Shown: positions 10,576-21,801, counted from the stretch's first letter. The stretch is 45,399 nt of DNA from Chloroflexota bacterium (GCA_043819155.1 JBDRFC010000070.1:1-45399), one strand, 5' to 3'. Made by a program: numbers and translations. Notes: generated from the letters alone by a model not told the origin.

Positions 10576-11603
10576 TTCCGCTCCCCCCTATTGAGCCAGC
10601 CCCCTTCCAGTACTGCCTCGGCAATCTGGACTGCATTCAAGGCGGCTCCCTTTCTTATATTATCTGCCACGATCCACATAACGAGACCGTTGTCGTGAGA
10701 AGAATCACTGCGAATACGACCAACGAAAACCTCATCTGTGCCGACAGCCGACCACGGCTGTGGATACAGGCTTATTGTCGGGTCATCCAGCAATTTGACC
10801 CCCGGTGCCTGAGCTAGAATGCGCCGGGCTTCATCGGGGGGCATTACCCTTGAAAACTCCACGCTGACAGACTCACTATGCCCGATAAACACCGGTACGC
10901 GGGCACAGGTTGCCGATATAGCCATATCACTGGCGTGCATTATTTTCCTTGTCTCTTCCACCATTTTCCACTCTTCTTTTGTATAGGCATTGTCCAGAAA
11001 TACGTCTATCTCCGGCAGTACATTAAAAGCTATCTGGTGCGGGTAGATATGCGGAACAACAGCTTGGCCATTCAACATCTGTTTCGATTGCAGCGTTAGC
11101 TCATCCACCGCCGCCGTCCCGGTTCCTGACACCGACTGGAAGGTAGTAACCACGATACGCTTTATAGGATTAACTTTATGTAAAGGGTACAGGGCTACCA
11201 CCATCTGAATTGTCGAACAATTTGGATTGGCTATAATCCCCTTGTGTTTTTTTATATCTTCCGAATTGATTTCCGGTACTACCAGCGGCACCTTTGGGTC
11301 CATCCTGAAAGCCGAACTATTATCAATGACAACCGCTCCCGACTGGGCAGCTATGGGTGAAAAGTAGCGGCTGACTTCACCACCAGCCGAGAACAGGGCA
11401 ATATCTACATCCTTGAACGATTCGGGGGTTGTCTCTTCAATTTCAATCTCCTTGTGAGAGAAAAACAGCTTCTTGCCCGCCGAACGGTCCGATGCCAGCA
11501 GCTTGATTGATTCAATGGGGAAATTACGCTGTTCCAGCACTTTGGCAAACTCCTTCCCCACCATCCCTGTAGCACCGACTATGGCTACTCTATATCCTTT
11601 CAT
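10572..11603 (-). CDS. asd: aspartate-semialdehyde dehydrogenase
   Basis: GATGMVG, NPNCSTIQM, DNIRKGAA. Confidence 0.98.
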   Translation of the reverse strand: MKGYRVAIVGATGMVGKEFAKVLEQRNFPIESIKLLASDRSAGKKLFFSHKEIEIEETTPESFKDVDIALFSAGGEVSRYFSPIAAQSGAVVIDNSSAFRMDPKVPLVVPEINSEDIKKHKGIIANPNCSTIQMVVALYPLHKVNPIKRIVVTTFQSVSGTGTAAVDELTLQSKQMLNGQAVVPHIYPHQIAFNVLPEIDVFLDNAYTKEEWKMVEETRKIMHASDMAISATCARVPVFIGHSESVSVEFSRVMPPDEARRILAQAPGVKLLDDPTISLYPQPWSAVGTDEVFVGRIRSDSSHDNGLVMWIVADNIRKGAALNAVQIAEAVLEGGWLNRGERK

Positions 11604-12404
11604 TTAAACCCCCTGTAAACCAAGCAGTGCATCCAGGCCGTATATTAAACCTTTTTTCTTAACCACTTCCTTTGCGGCTATCATAACCCCCGGCATATAG
11701 CACTCCCGGTTTACGGTATCATGCTTTATACTTAGCGTCTGCCCCGGGCCACCGAGTATAACCTCCTGGCGTGCCAATATGCCGGGTAATCGTACGCTAT
11801 GTATGACTATTCCTTCAACCTGCTGCCCCCGGCTATCTGACGCCCCTTTCTCCAGCGGCTTGCTAAAAGGTTTGCCCCTGGCTTCTGCCATAGACCTGGC
11901 TGTTGTCAGGGCCGTGCCGGAGGGAGCATCAACCTTAAGGTGGTGATGTTGTTCTATGATTTCGGCATAATCAAAGTATCTGGCAGCGATTTTGGCGAGG
12001 TGAATCATCATTACCGCCCCTAATGCGAAGTTTGACGCCACCACCACCCCAACGTTATATTCTTTTGCCAGATTATCTATCTCTGCAAGCTCATCAGCGC
12101 TCAAGCCGGTGGTGCCGATTACAAGATGAATCCCCTGTTTTATAGCCACACGAGCTGCCGGCATAACCGCTTTGGCTGTACTGAAGTCTATAATAACATC
12201 AGGCTGGCATTCGGCAATTATCTTTTCAAGATCGGGGGATAATGGTACTGTATCCGGGCTATCAGGTAATGGCAGGCTGTCTTCCAGGACTTTAAAGTCA
12301 ACAGCACCTACCAGCTGCATTGCGGATTCATGACACAGAGCTTTGACAACTTCCTGCCCCATTTTGCCTGACGCACCATGTACAACCACTCTTATCGGTG
12401 CCAT
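11604..12404 (-). CDS. dapB: 4-hydroxy-tetrahydrodipicolinate reductase
   Basis: Start reassigned to ATG at 12404 (MAPIRVVVHGASGKMG); EQHHHLKVDAPSGTA. Confidence 0.97.
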   Translation of the reverse strand: MAPIRVVVHGASGKMGQEVVKALCHESAMQLVGAVDFKVLEDSLPLPDSPDTVPLSPDLEKIIAECQPDVIIDFSTAKAVMPAARVAIKQGIHLVIGTTGLSADELAEIDNLAKEYNVGVVVASNFALGAVMMIHLAKIAARYFDYAEIIEQHHHLKVDAPSGTALTTARSMAEARGKPFSKPLEKGASDSRGQQVEGIVIHSVRLPGILARQEVILGGPGQTLSIKHDTVNRECYMPGVMIAAKEVVKKKGLIYGLDALLGLQGV

Positions 12405-12420
12405 AAGCCTTACCCTTCCC

Positions 12421-14626
12421 TTATTGATAACGCCGTTTATCGGTTGTTGGATGGGGGCGCTGCGAGGGGTTGAAATCACGCTGCTTGTTGAACGGACGGT
12501 CAGCAGAAGGATTATCTTTTCCTCTGGCATCAGGTGATGAAACGGCCTTTTCGAATGCAGCCCGTCTTGAAAGGTTAATCCTGCCCTGGCTGTCGATTTC
12601 AGTTGCCTTAACTGTAATCTTATCGCCCACCTTGACCACATCCTCAACCTTATCTACCCGGTGGTCAGCCAGTTCGCTTATATGAACCAGCCCTTCTTTG
12701 CCGGGGAGGATTTCGACAAAGGCGCCGAAGGTCATTATACGGGTTACCTTCCCGGTATAGGTATTACCTACTTCAACATCCCTTATAAGGTCTTCTATTA
12801 TTTTTATAGCTTTTTTGGCGGACTCTGCATCGGTTGAGCCTATAAAGGCAACGCCTTCATTGTTGATATCTACTGTCGTATTAGTTTCCTCAATAATAGC
12901 TCTGATAGTTTTACCGCCCGGCCCTATTACAGTGCCAATCTTATCCTGCGGAAGCACTATTTGATACATTCGCGGTGCATACTGGCTCATCTCCGGCCGG
13001 CTGGCACTGATAGCCTTATTCATCTCGCCCAAAATAAAGTGGCGGGCTTCATTTGCCCGGATAAGCGTCTTCTCTACAATTTCCATGCTTAAGCCTTTCA
13101 GCTTTGTATCCATCTGTATGGCGGTAATACCATTGGCTGTGCCGGCTACCTTAAAGTCCATATCGCCGTAATTGTCTTCCATGCCCTCAATATCTGTAAG
13201 TAGGGCATAATCTCCTTTTTCCCCGGTGACCAGACCTATGGATATACCTGCTACCGCCTCTTTTACCGGTATGCCGGCGTCCATCAGGGACAGGCTGGAA
13301 GCACAGGCGCTTGCCATTGACGTACTGCCACTTGAGCTAAGGACTTCAGATACGAGGCGGATTGTGTATGGAAAATCAGCATCCGGCGGCATTACCGGCA
13401 CCAGTGCACGTTCTGCCAGTGCGCCGTGACCGATAGAACGACGGCTGGGTGTACCTACGCGCCTTACCTCACCAACGGAGTACGGAGGGAAGTTGTAGTG
13501 ATGCATAAAACGTTTGGACTCCTCTATGCCCAATCCGTCAAGCTGCTGCTCCTTTTTTATGGAACCCAGGGTAGTAATTGTCAGTACCTGTGTTTCTCCG
13601 CGAGCGAACAACGCCGAGCCATGCACGCGAGGCAATAACCCTGTTTCGCAGCTTATCGGGCGTACCTGGGTCAGGCTGCGTCCGCTGACTCGTTCGCCTT
13701 TTGTTAATATTGTATTTCTTACTTCCTCTTTAATAAGTGTGTCAAAGTAATTAAGAACATCATCCTTAGGGAATGATTCTCTCAGACTATCTGTAAGCTC
13801 TTTCTTTAGTTTTTCCAAAGCCTCTTCCCGCTGAGATTTTTCAGCAGGCTTTAGCGCCTGAGCCAGTTTTCCACCTATAATTGATGACACGGCAGATTTC
13901 AGTTCCGATGATATTTCAATAACCGGAACTTCTTCCTTCGGTTTACCGCAAGCCTTTTTCAGTTCTTCCTGCATATCAATAAGCTGCTGATTCGCCTCAT
14001 GGCCTAATTTTATTGCCTTGCTCACAATTTCTTCGCTGACATTGTTGGCGCCGGCTTCCAGCATAACTATCGCTTCTCTTGTGCTGACTACTACCAGATC
14101 AAGCGCGCTCTCTTCCATCTGCGGCATTGTCGGGTTCAATACAAGTTCGTTATCAATATAACCGACATGGACAGCGCCTACCGGCCCATCAAACGGAATC
14201 TCTGATATTGATAAAGCGGCGGAAGCTCCGATGACGGACAGCATATCAGGGTTATTTTTCCCGGTCTGCAGATAGTACGGTGATTATAATCTGTATATCA
14301 CGCCGCCACTGTTTGGGCAATAACGGGCGCAGCGGTCGGTCTGTAAGACGGCTGGTAAGTGTCGCCTCTTCGCTGGGTCTGCCTTCACGGCGTATAAAAC
14401 CGCCCGGTATTTTACCGGCGGCATATAATCTTTCTTCAAAATCTATGGTCAGAGGCAGGAAATCCACCCCCTCCCGCGGTTGTGGACTGGCACACGCGGT
14501 AACCAGAACAACCGTATCTCCATAGCGAACGGTAACCGCCGCATCTGCCTGATTGGCAAGCTTTCCCGTCTCTATGGTAAGCTTTCTGTCGCTAATCGTG
14601 CAGTCAAATGAATGCGGTAATGTCAA
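12421..14626 (-). CDS. pnp: polyribonucleotide nucleotidyltransferase (PNPase), one frameshift in an A5 run at 14255-14259
   Basis: The two ORF-track pieces join as ...[19 protein letters not shown] if one A is removed; RNase PH x2, KH and S1 domains otherwise intact. Confidence 0.93.
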
Positions 14627-14661
14627 TGGTTTCTCCTTGTCGTTTATTACAGATAGAGGAT

Positions 14662-14925
14662 TTACTTACGGAGACCGAGGCTTTCTATAAGCTTCTTGTA
14701 GCGGCTGACATCCTGTTTGTTTAAATAAACAAGCAGACGTCTGCGTTGGCCAATAAGCTTGAGCAAACTGCGTTTAGTATGGAAATCATGCCTGTTAGCC
14801 GCCATATGCCCGGTTAGCTGGCTTATTCTTTCCGTCAGCACGGCTACTTGGACTTCAGTGGAGCCCGTATCCCCATCATGAATCTTATATCTGTCTATTA
14901 CGCTTGTCTTTAATTGTTTTTCCAA
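14662..14925 (-). CDS. rpsO: 30S ribosomal protein S15
   Basis: [13 protein letters not shown]; TTG start with RBS; upstream of pnp. Confidence 0.98.
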   Translation of the reverse strand: MEKQLKTSVIDRYKIHDGDTGSTEVQVAVLTERISQLTGHMAANRHDFHTKRSLLKLIGQRRRLLVYLNKQDVSRYKKLIESLGLRK

Positions 14926-15180
14926 ACCTTACTCCTACACTATCTCTGTAGCCGATTATAACATAACTACTGTTTAGTGTAAAACAATTTTGTATTTATA
15001 TCATGTCATTACTCTCAAACAGAAAGTTTTTATGTAAATCTGGTCAGCCTTGACTTGGCATCTGAAATACTCTATATTTGGAATATAATATTACTGCAGT
15101 CCGTATCTATAAACATGGTTGTTGTTTTCCCCGCCCTGTATGTCATAGAGTTATTATTAATTAGCTGAGTCATATGTATC

Positions 15181-15471
15181 ATGATTGTTGGTGTATGCAG
15201 GATAAAGCTTCGTATACCGGAAAACATGTCCCTCAAAGGCAAGAGGAGAGTGCTTAAATCCATAATAACCCAGCTTAAAAATAAATTTAATGTTGCCGTC
15301 GCCGAGGTTGATGACCAACAGCTCTGGCAGATAGCGACATTAGGTGTTTGTTCCGTTAGCAATGATAGTAGATATGCAAATGAAGTTCTATCAAAAGTAA
15401 TGAATTTTATAACGAACGGGCGGTTTGAGATTGAGATACTGGACTATGAGATTGAGATTATACCATGCTAG
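15181..15471 (+). CDS. DUF503 (YlxP-like) protein
   Basis: SLKGKRRVLKS...KFNVAVAEVD.Q.LWQ. Confidence 0.9.
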   Translation: MIVGVCRIKLRIPENMSLKGKRRVLKSIITQLKNKFNVAVAEVDDQQLWQIATLGVCSVSNDSRYANEVLSKVMNFITNGRFEIEILDYEIEIIPC

Positions 15472-17768
15472 CAGGAGATACTGCAGTGGACATCTCGGCT
15501 TTTATTGACCACCTTGTTACCATGCCCGATTATAACGCCCAGATTGCCCATATTGAGCATATCCCGCCCCGAAGTGCCAGCTTTGCCGAGCTGGATAATC
15601 CTCTACCCGCCAATCTGGAGGAGAGTCTCAAGGCAAAGGTATTACTGCCCCTTTACGCACATCAGGCCGAAGCCGTTAATCATGTACGCCAGGGCAAGAA
15701 TGTCATTGTGTCCACATCCAGCGCCAGTGGTAAGAGCCTGTGCTATAACATACCTGTTATCGATAAACTGCTTGACGAAACGGCCAGCTGTGCCATTTAT
15801 CTTTTCCCTACAAAGGCTCTGGCGCAGGACCAGTTGCGCTCTTTTGCGGATATGTTCTGTCCCCAACTGGTCCGCTTTGAGCAGGTGGCTACTTTTGATG
15901 GCGATACCCCTTCTATGGAACGTTCCGCTATAAGGAAACACGCCAGGATATTACTTACCAACCCCGATATGCTGCATTTCGGTATACTGCCCAATCATCG
16001 TTCATGGTCAAGGCTGCTGCGGCATCTGGAATTTGTGGTTATAGACGAAGCCCACAGTTACCGCGGCGTTTTCGGGTCTCACGTGGCGCTGGTATTGCGC
16101 CGCCTTCGGCGGTTGTGCCTGCTCTATGGCTCCAGCCCCCGCTTCATCTGCTGTTCGGCTACCATCAATAATCCCGATAAACATGCCGAGAAGCTGGTTG
16201 GTTTACCCTTCAAATTGGTAGATAATGATGGTTCGCCCAAAGGCGGGAAGGACTTCGTTTTCTGGAATCCGCCGACCATAAACGATGCCAGGAGTGTGCG
16301 GCGCAGCGCCAACAGCGAAGCCGCCGTGCTCTTTTCCGAACTGATAAGAAATGATATCCGTACCCTCGCTTTCAGCCGTACCCGCCGTCTTACCGAGCTC
16401 GTTGCCAGCTATTCAAAGAAGAGATTAGCCGAAATAAGCCCGTCCCATGTCAACAGGATAAAGGCATACCGTGCGGGCTATCTGCCGGAGCAGAGGCGTC
16501 TTATAGAACATGAACTCTTCAGCGGCAGGCTCACCGGAGCGGTAGCCACCAACGCACTGGAGATAGGAATTGATGTCGGCGACCTTGAGGCGACCATACT
16601 TACCGGCTACCCCGGAACTATCGCCAGCACCTGGCAACAGGCAGGCAGAAGCGGCCGGCGTAATGATAAATCTCTCAGTATTCTGATAGCCTTCGATAAC
16701 CCGCTGGACCAGTATTTTATGCGCCACCCTGAATTCTTTTTCGGCAAGAGCTTTGAGAACGCCATTATAAACCATCAAAACCCCTACATACTAAAAGCCC
16801 ATATCCTGTGTGCCGCCTGGGAATCGCCACTCTCAGGCAATGATGATATATTCTTTGGTACTGGAATGGCAAAGCAAACGGATGCGTTGGAAAAACAGGG
16901 CGCCCTGAAACAGAAGCGCAGCCACCTTTACATTTCACCATCTATCTGCTATCCGGCTCAGGATATTAATATCCGCGCCACATCCGGTGATAATATTACC
17001 CTTATTGACACATCAACAAATCTACCGCTTGAGACGGTTGAGTTAAACAACGCCCTCTTCCAGCTGCACCCCGGAGCTATTTACCTTCATCAGGGTGAAT
17101 CGTATCTGGTAACCAATCTTGACTTAACCAGCCATACCGCCTATGCTGAACCGGCAAAAGTCTCATATTACACTATTGCCAAGGATATTACCGATTTGCA
17201 TATTATAAAAACCACTCATAAAAAGAAATACGGCCGCATTAATGTTTGCCTGGGCCAGGTTGAGGTTACCACCACTATATCAGGTTTCAAAAAGAAGGCT
17301 CAGTTCACCGAAGAGGTAATCGGTGAAGAGCCCCTGGATTTACTGCCACAACAGTTTCCGACCATCGCCCTCTGGTTTGACCTGCCGCCAGCGGTTATCG
17401 GCTCGCTTGCTAAGTCAGAGCTTGATCTTGCCGGCGGCCTACATGCCACAGAACATGCCGCCATCGCCATGCTACCCCTTTTTGCTATGTGCGACCGCAA
17501 TGACATCGGCGGTGTTTCCACCCCCTTTCACCCCGATACCGATAAGGCTCAGATTTTCATTTATGACGGTTATCCCGGCGGTGTTGGTATCGCCGAAAAA
17601 GGATACGGGCTTGTGCGGCAGCTATGGCAAGCTACGCTTAATACGATCGCAGAGTGTCCCTGCAGGGAAGGATGTCCCGGCTGTATTCAGTCACCCAAGT
17701 GCGGTAATAATAATGAACCGCTGGATAAAAAAGCAGCCCGAATGATTTTAGAGGGACTCTTAGTCTAG
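15465..17768 (+). CDS. DEAH-box helicase with DUF1998 Zn domain (MrfA/YprA/Hrq1-like)
   Basis: SASGKS, DEAH, SAT, QQAGRSGR; C-terminal CDRNDIGG...CPCREGCPGC. Confidence 0.93.
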   Translation: MLAGDTAVDISAFIDHLVTMPDYNAQIAHIEHIPPRSASFAELDNPLPANLEESLKAKVLLPLYAHQAEAVNHVRQGKNVIVSTSSASGKSLCYNIPVIDKLLDETASCAIYLFPTKALAQDQLRSFADMFCPQLVRFEQVATFDGDTPSMERSAIRKHARILLTNPDMLHFGILPNHRSWSRLLRHLEFVVIDEAHSYRGVFGSHVALVLRRLRRLCLLYGSSPRFICCSATINNPDKHAEKLVGLPFKLVDNDGSPKGGKDFVFWNPPTINDARSVRRSANSEAAVLFSELIRNDIRTLAFSRTRRLTELVASYSKKRLAEISPSHVNRIKAYRAGYLPEQRRLIEHELFSGRLTGAVATNALEIGIDVGDLEATILTGYPGTIASTWQQAGRSGRRNDKSLSILIAFDNPLDQYFMRHPEFFFGKSFENAIINHQNPYILKAHILCAAWESPLSGNDDIFFGTGMAKQTDALEKQGALKQKRSHLYISPSICYPAQDINIRATSGDNITLIDTSTNLPLETVELNNALFQLHPGAIYLHQGESYLVTNLDLTSHTAYAEPAKVSYYTIAKDITDLHIIKTTHKKKYGRINVCLGQVEVTTTISGFKKKAQFTEEVIGEEPLDLLPQQFPTIALWFDLPPAVIGSLAKSELDLAGGLHATEHAAIAMLPLFAMCDRNDIGGVSTPFHPDTDKAQIFIYDGYPGGVGIAEKGYGLVRQLWQATLNTIAECPCREGCPGCIQSPKCGNNNEPLDKKAARMILEGLLV

Positions 17769-17788
17769 AAAAGATTGGAGAGGATATT

Positions 17789-18589
17789 ATGGAGATAAAC
17801 ATAGATCCGGTAGCTTTTGCCATTGGTTCGGTAGAAATCAGATGGTACGGCTTGATGATTGCATTGGGAGTTTTCGTTCTCGTAATGTGGACTTTATGGC
17901 AGGTCAGGAAGTACTGGCCTGATTTCCCGCAGGATAGGGTGCTGGCTCTTGCTATAGTAGGTATACCCTCAGCCATAATATTCGCCAGATTGATACACAT
18001 AATTGATAAATGGGAATATTATAGCCATCACCTTAATCAGATAATCGGTGGCGAGGGTCTTACCATCTACGGCGCCATTCTTGGAGCCATACTGGGAACC
18101 TGGATTTACAGCAAATTCAAACCTTTTAATTATGGTTTCGCCGCAGACCTGGTGGCACCCGGCGTTATACTGGCTCAGGCTATCGGACGCGTGGGTTGTT
18201 TCCTAAATGGCTGCTGTCATGGCCCGGAGGCGCCAACATCACTGCCCTGGAGCATAACCTACCTGAATCCTAGCTGCGCCGCCGATATAAAAAACGTACC
18301 CGTTCACCCGACACAGCTTTATGAAATCGTTTTTCTGTTATTCCTGTTTGCTATCATCATGCTGCTCAAAGGCAGGCTCAAACCGGATGGCTCGTTATTC
18401 CTCGTGTATCTAGGCGGTTATTCACTGTGGCGTTTTAGCATCGGCTTTCTCAGAGCAAATGACCCTTTCCTCTTTGGTATGCATCAGGCACAGTTTATAG
18501 GCATTGTTGTGCTTATAATAGCTGTTGCCCTGCTTATATACCGTCGGGTACGTTGGGTCAAAGCTGCTAAGATACCGGATGATGAATAA
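17789..18589 (+). CDS. lgt: prolipoprotein diacylglyceryl transferase
   Basis: IRWYG, QAIGRVGCFLNG, HPTQLYE. Confidence 0.95.
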   Translation: MEINIDPVAFAIGSVEIRWYGLMIALGVFVLVMWTLWQVRKYWPDFPQDRVLALAIVGIPSAIIFARLIHIIDKWEYYSHHLNQIIGGEGLTIYGAILGAILGTWIYSKFKPFNYGFAADLVAPGVILAQAIGRVGCFLNGCCHGPEAPTSLPWSITYLNPSCAADIKNVPVHPTQLYEIVFLLFLFAIIMLLKGRLKPDGSLFLVYLGGYSLWRFSIGFLRANDPFLFGMHQAQFIGIVVLIIAVALLIYRRVRWVKAAKIPDDE

Positions 18590-18653
18590 GAAATATCCTA
18601 TCGGGCATTCATAAAAGAAGCGGTTTTTCGTCATCCATCAGCTTTATAAGGTT

Positions 18654-18697
18654 AAAAACAAGGTGGGTATAGAGCATAAACTCAATACCCACCTTTT
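18654..18697. terminator. probable bidirectional intrinsic terminator
   Basis: AAGGTGGGTAT...ATACCCACCTT stem with flanking A and T tracts, between convergent genes. Confidence 0.75.
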
Positions 18698-18750
18698 CTA
18701 CTGGAATAGCATCTATCTTTTTACGAAATTAAAATAAGGTTATTGATCCG

Positions 18751-18975
18751 TTATTGTAAAGACTCGCAGATTTCTCTCATCCTGGCCAGAACCATTTCAA
18801 TCTCTCTCTGTAGAGTAGCAAACTCTGCTTTTGACTCTTCAGTCGTACACCCTTCTCCAATCTTTCGCATTCCTTCAGCGACTGAGGCCTGTAATATCAG
18901 CATCCTTTCGTTTGCTTTCCGGTACCTGTTGTGCATCTCTATAAATTCTGCTACCAGAGCTTCTGTTGCTTTCAT
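18751..18975 (-). CDS. small hypothetical coiled-coil protein
   Basis: 74 aa, helical composition, weak RBS (GAAGGGG). Confidence 0.5.
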   Translation of the reverse strand: MKATEALVAEFIEMHNRYRKANERMLILQASVAEGMRKIGEGCTTEESKAEFATLQREIEMVLARMREICESLQ

Positions 18976-19071
18976 GGTAATACCCCTTCAGGTTTTTTAG
19001 CTTATATCAAATACCCAATGAAATACAATTCGTTATATCCAGTTTCGCCCCGCTACTACCTTAATGCCAAG

Positions 19072-20331
19072 CTAACCAATTATGGCGTTGGCAACCAAAT
19101 CCATCATAGAGGTTATTTCCATACCTATATTATACTTCTCATTTAACGAATCCAGTTGCAAACGGCAGTTTTCGCAGGGGCTGACAATAAGCTTGGCTCC
19201 GGTCTCTTTAATTTGCTCTACCTTTTTCTCGCCCGTTTTTATTCTGAAATCATCCAAGTCTGGTTGCGCAACAAGCCCGCCACCACCGCCACAGCACCAG
19301 TTCTTTTCCCGATTAGGAGTCATCTCTCTAAAGTCAGCTGCTACTTGGCAGACAATATACCTGGGCTCTTCATAGAAACCGGCATTCCTGCCCACCTGGC
19401 ACGGATCATGGTAAGTGACAGGTTCTTTAATTTTATCCTTGACAATCTTTATCTTTCCCTGCCTGATATATTCCGCCATCAGTTCAACGATACCCCTTAT
19501 TTTAAAGGGTAGCTTTTCCTTCGCCCATGCTTCATAAAGGAATTGCATTACCCGGTAAGCATGACCGCATTCGGTAATAACAATCTCTTTAACCTTAAGC
19601 AACTTGGCTTCGTCTATAATCCTCCTGGCGATTGCCGTAGCTTGCTTTACATCACCCAGGAAATAGCCGTAGTTGGCTGCTTCAAACATAGATAGTGTCC
19701 AGTTAGCTTTAGCTTTATGGAATATTACAGCCGGCGGCAATATTGTGTGCGTGCCGGCAAGGGCTACATACAACAAATCGGCACCCTTTTTATCAATCGG
19801 TATGGTTGCCTGCGGGTCGCCCACCTTTTCCTGTAACTCTTTCTCCGTATCCTTTAGTGTTTCAATAATAATATCCTTGAAGAGGTCAATATTTTCCCCC
19901 TTCACCACTGCGGCACCGGCAAGCTCGGTCAGAATCTGTGAGCCTCTGCCGGCGGCAATAAGCATCGCTTTAGCCACCCCAATAAACCAGGTTGTATCTA
20001 TTGAAAAGGGGCAATAGTACATACAGCGGCGGCATCCGGTGCAGGCATACGTAGTTTTATACAAATCATCCAGTAATTTGTCATTAATTTCGATGCCTTC
20101 GCTAAGTGCAGGATAAAACTTACCACTACGGGTGAAGTACTTTTTATAGACGCGGCGGATAAGCTCTGCCCGATAGGCAGGCAGATACAGGACATCCCCG
20201 GTAATCACATACTGGTGGCAGGCGTCTTTGCATATTGAACACCTTGTGCAGATATCAAGGTAATAAAGGAGCTGCCGATTCATCCCTTTATCTAACACGC
20301 CGGCGATAGTCCGCTGTGCTTTCTCGTCCAT
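19072..20331 (-). CDS. DsrK/HdrD-like Fe-S oxidoreductase (two [4Fe-4S] motifs + CCG domain)
   Basis: CTRCSICKDAC, CTGCRRCMYYCP, TECGH, YHDPC, CCGGGGG, PCENC. Confidence 0.9.
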   Translation of the reverse strand: MDEKAQRTIAGVLDKGMNRQLLYYLDICTRCSICKDACHQYVITGDVLYLPAYRAELIRRVYKKYFTRSGKFYPALSEGIEINDKLLDDLYKTTYACTGCRRCMYYCPFSIDTTWFIGVAKAMLIAAGRGSQILTELAGAAVVKGENIDLFKDIIIETLKDTEKELQEKVGDPQATIPIDKKGADLLYVALAGTHTILPPAVIFHKAKANWTLSMFEAANYGYFLGDVKQATAIARRIIDEAKLLKVKEIVITECGHAYRVMQFLYEAWAKEKLPFKIRGIVELMAEYIRQGKIKIVKDKIKEPVTYHDPCQVGRNAGFYEEPRYIVCQVAADFREMTPNREKNWCCGGGGGLVAQPDLDDFRIKTGEKKVEQIKETGAKLIVSPCENCRLQLDSLNEKYNIGMEITSMMDLVANAIIG

Positions 20332-21053
20332 TACACTTCACTCCGTATAAGATTGACGGCAAAGGTGCCAACAGAATGAACCAACTTACTGAAAGGGAAA
20401 TATATAAATAGCAGGTTGGCCGTCAGTACATGGCTCACCAGCACCCACTTTGTTGACGATTCGGCTATAGCTTCCGGGAAAGCGGGGCGAAAAGCCAGCA
20501 GGCTGTGGATATATTCTCTATATTCAGCCACGTGAATATCACCGAAAAAGCGCAGGTGGTTACCAAACAAAAGTATTGTCAGAATCAGTACCAACAGCAG
20601 ATAGTCTTCGGGGATTGATAAATCCTTGTATGGCGATTTGAAACGCCTCAAGATTAAATAGATAACACTAACCATAAGAATTATGCCTATCATACCGCCT
20701 GTCCACATAGCAAACTGTGACATTCCTTCTTCGCCTAAAACATTTGATATGAACGTAAATTCACTGAAAATCCTCAGGTGGCCTACGAAGGCGGCAATCC
20801 CGCCAAGGTGAAGCAATAAAACAAAAAACCACATCGTGGTATCAACCTCAAGCACCTGAGGGTAAAGAAAGGAATCTTTAGCCAGCTTGAGCCCCCTCGC
20901 CCATTTGTTTTTAGGTTTAGGGAACATACCCAGCTTTACACTACTGCGGCTTACTCTAAACCACTGGTAGATTCTGAAGGCGGTACCGACTAGAAAAACG
21001 GCTACCGCCACATATACAAGTATCCCGGCCACCAGATATGAAAACCAGTCCAT
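20331..21053 (-). CDS. NarI/DsrM-like membrane b-type cytochrome
   Basis: Several TM helices with His residues; FPFSKLVH C-terminal motif; coupled to the DsrK-like gene. Confidence 0.88.
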   Translation of the reverse strand: MDWFSYLVAGILVYVAVAVFLVGTAFRIYQWFRVSRSSVKLGMFPKPKNKWARGLKLAKDSFLYPQVLEVDTTMWFFVLLLHLGGIAAFVGHLRIFSEFTFISNVLGEEGMSQFAMWTGGMIGIILMVSVIYLILRRFKSPYKDLSIPEDYLLLVLILTILLFGNHLRFFGDIHVAEYREYIHSLLAFRPAFPEAIAESSTKWVLVSHVLTANLLFIYFPFSKLVHSVGTFAVNLIRSEV

Positions 21054-21055
21054 GT

Positions 21056-21298
21056 CTACTTTAACCGTTTGACATAGAATATTATATCTTTATCAACCCG
21101 CTCTGTTTTGACGACTTCATTACCGGTAGTCCTCGCCCAAGATGGTATGTCAGCCAGGCTCCCGGGGTCTGTAGCGATTGCCTTAATTATGCCCCCAACC
21201 GGCACCTTTGTGATATTCTGACTTACCCTTACCATTGGTAAAGGGCATAGTAATCCTTTAAGGTCTAATTCCAGATCAACTTTTAAATCTTCTGCCAT
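21056..21298 (-). CDS. TusA-family sulfur carrier
   Basis: LDLKGLLCPLP...ATDPGS..DIPSW. Confidence 0.93.
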   Translation of the reverse strand: MAEDLKVDLELDLKGLLCPLPMVRVSQNITKVPVGGIIKAIATDPGSLADIPSWARTTGNEVVKTERVDKDIIFYVKRLK

Positions 21299-21312
21299 TT
21301 ATATTTCCCTCC

Positions 21313-21801
21313 TTAAATAAAAAGTGAGAATTCAGACTTTTGTGCTTCTTCAACCATCAGGGCAACGCCGGCGGTACCAGTTACCTCATCTACCAGCTTT
21401 TCTTTTTCAATTTCCATAACTTCCATACTAGTCTGACAACTATACATTTTAACACCCAGGTCAATAGCAAGCTGCCTTAGCTCGGATAAACTGGCCACAT
21501 TCTTTTTTTTCATCATCTTGCCGAACATCCAGCGGCCCATACCCAGAAATCCGTATTTACTGGGATTTGACTTGGTGATGTCTCCGCCCTCTATCAATCC
21601 CACCATACGGCCAAATAAACCCCTGCCGGTTCGCATATTTTTCTTTATAGCCCGTAAGCCCCAGAAAGTGAAAAACATAGAGACATCCATATTAGTGGCA
21701 GCGGCGCCGGTAGCGATGGTAAAAGCGGCAAAAAGCTTATCAAAGTCACCGCTTATGACAATGATAGTGGCTTTTTTCCTTTCCTCCGTTTTTTGTTCCA
21801 T
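21313..21801 (-). CDS. DsrE/DsrF/DrsH-like (DsrE2-type) sulfurtransferase
   Basis: SGDFDK, MFFTFWGL, YSCQTSM. Confidence 0.9.
   Translation of the reverse strand: MEQKTEERKKATIIVISGDFDKLFAAFTIATGAAATNMDVSMFFTFWGLRAIKKNMRTGRGLFGRMVGLIEGGDITKSNPSKYGFLGMGRWMFGKMMKKKNVASLSELRQLAIDLGVKMYSCQTSMEVMEIEKEKLVDEVTGTAGVALMVEEAQKSEFSLFI

Noticed and set aside
12405-12647. N-terminal extension of the dapB ORF in the track
   Set aside because: It overlaps the pnp 3' end in another frame; DapB homology starts at ATG 12404.
14252-14254. Stop inside pnp as possible Sec or readthrough
   Set aside because: The stop is TAA and the continuation is in another frame, so it is an indel rather than recoding.
19072-21053. 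Evidence of nitrate respiration or dissimilatory sulfate reduction
   Set aside because: There is no narGH or dsrABC in the window; only the membrane module is present.
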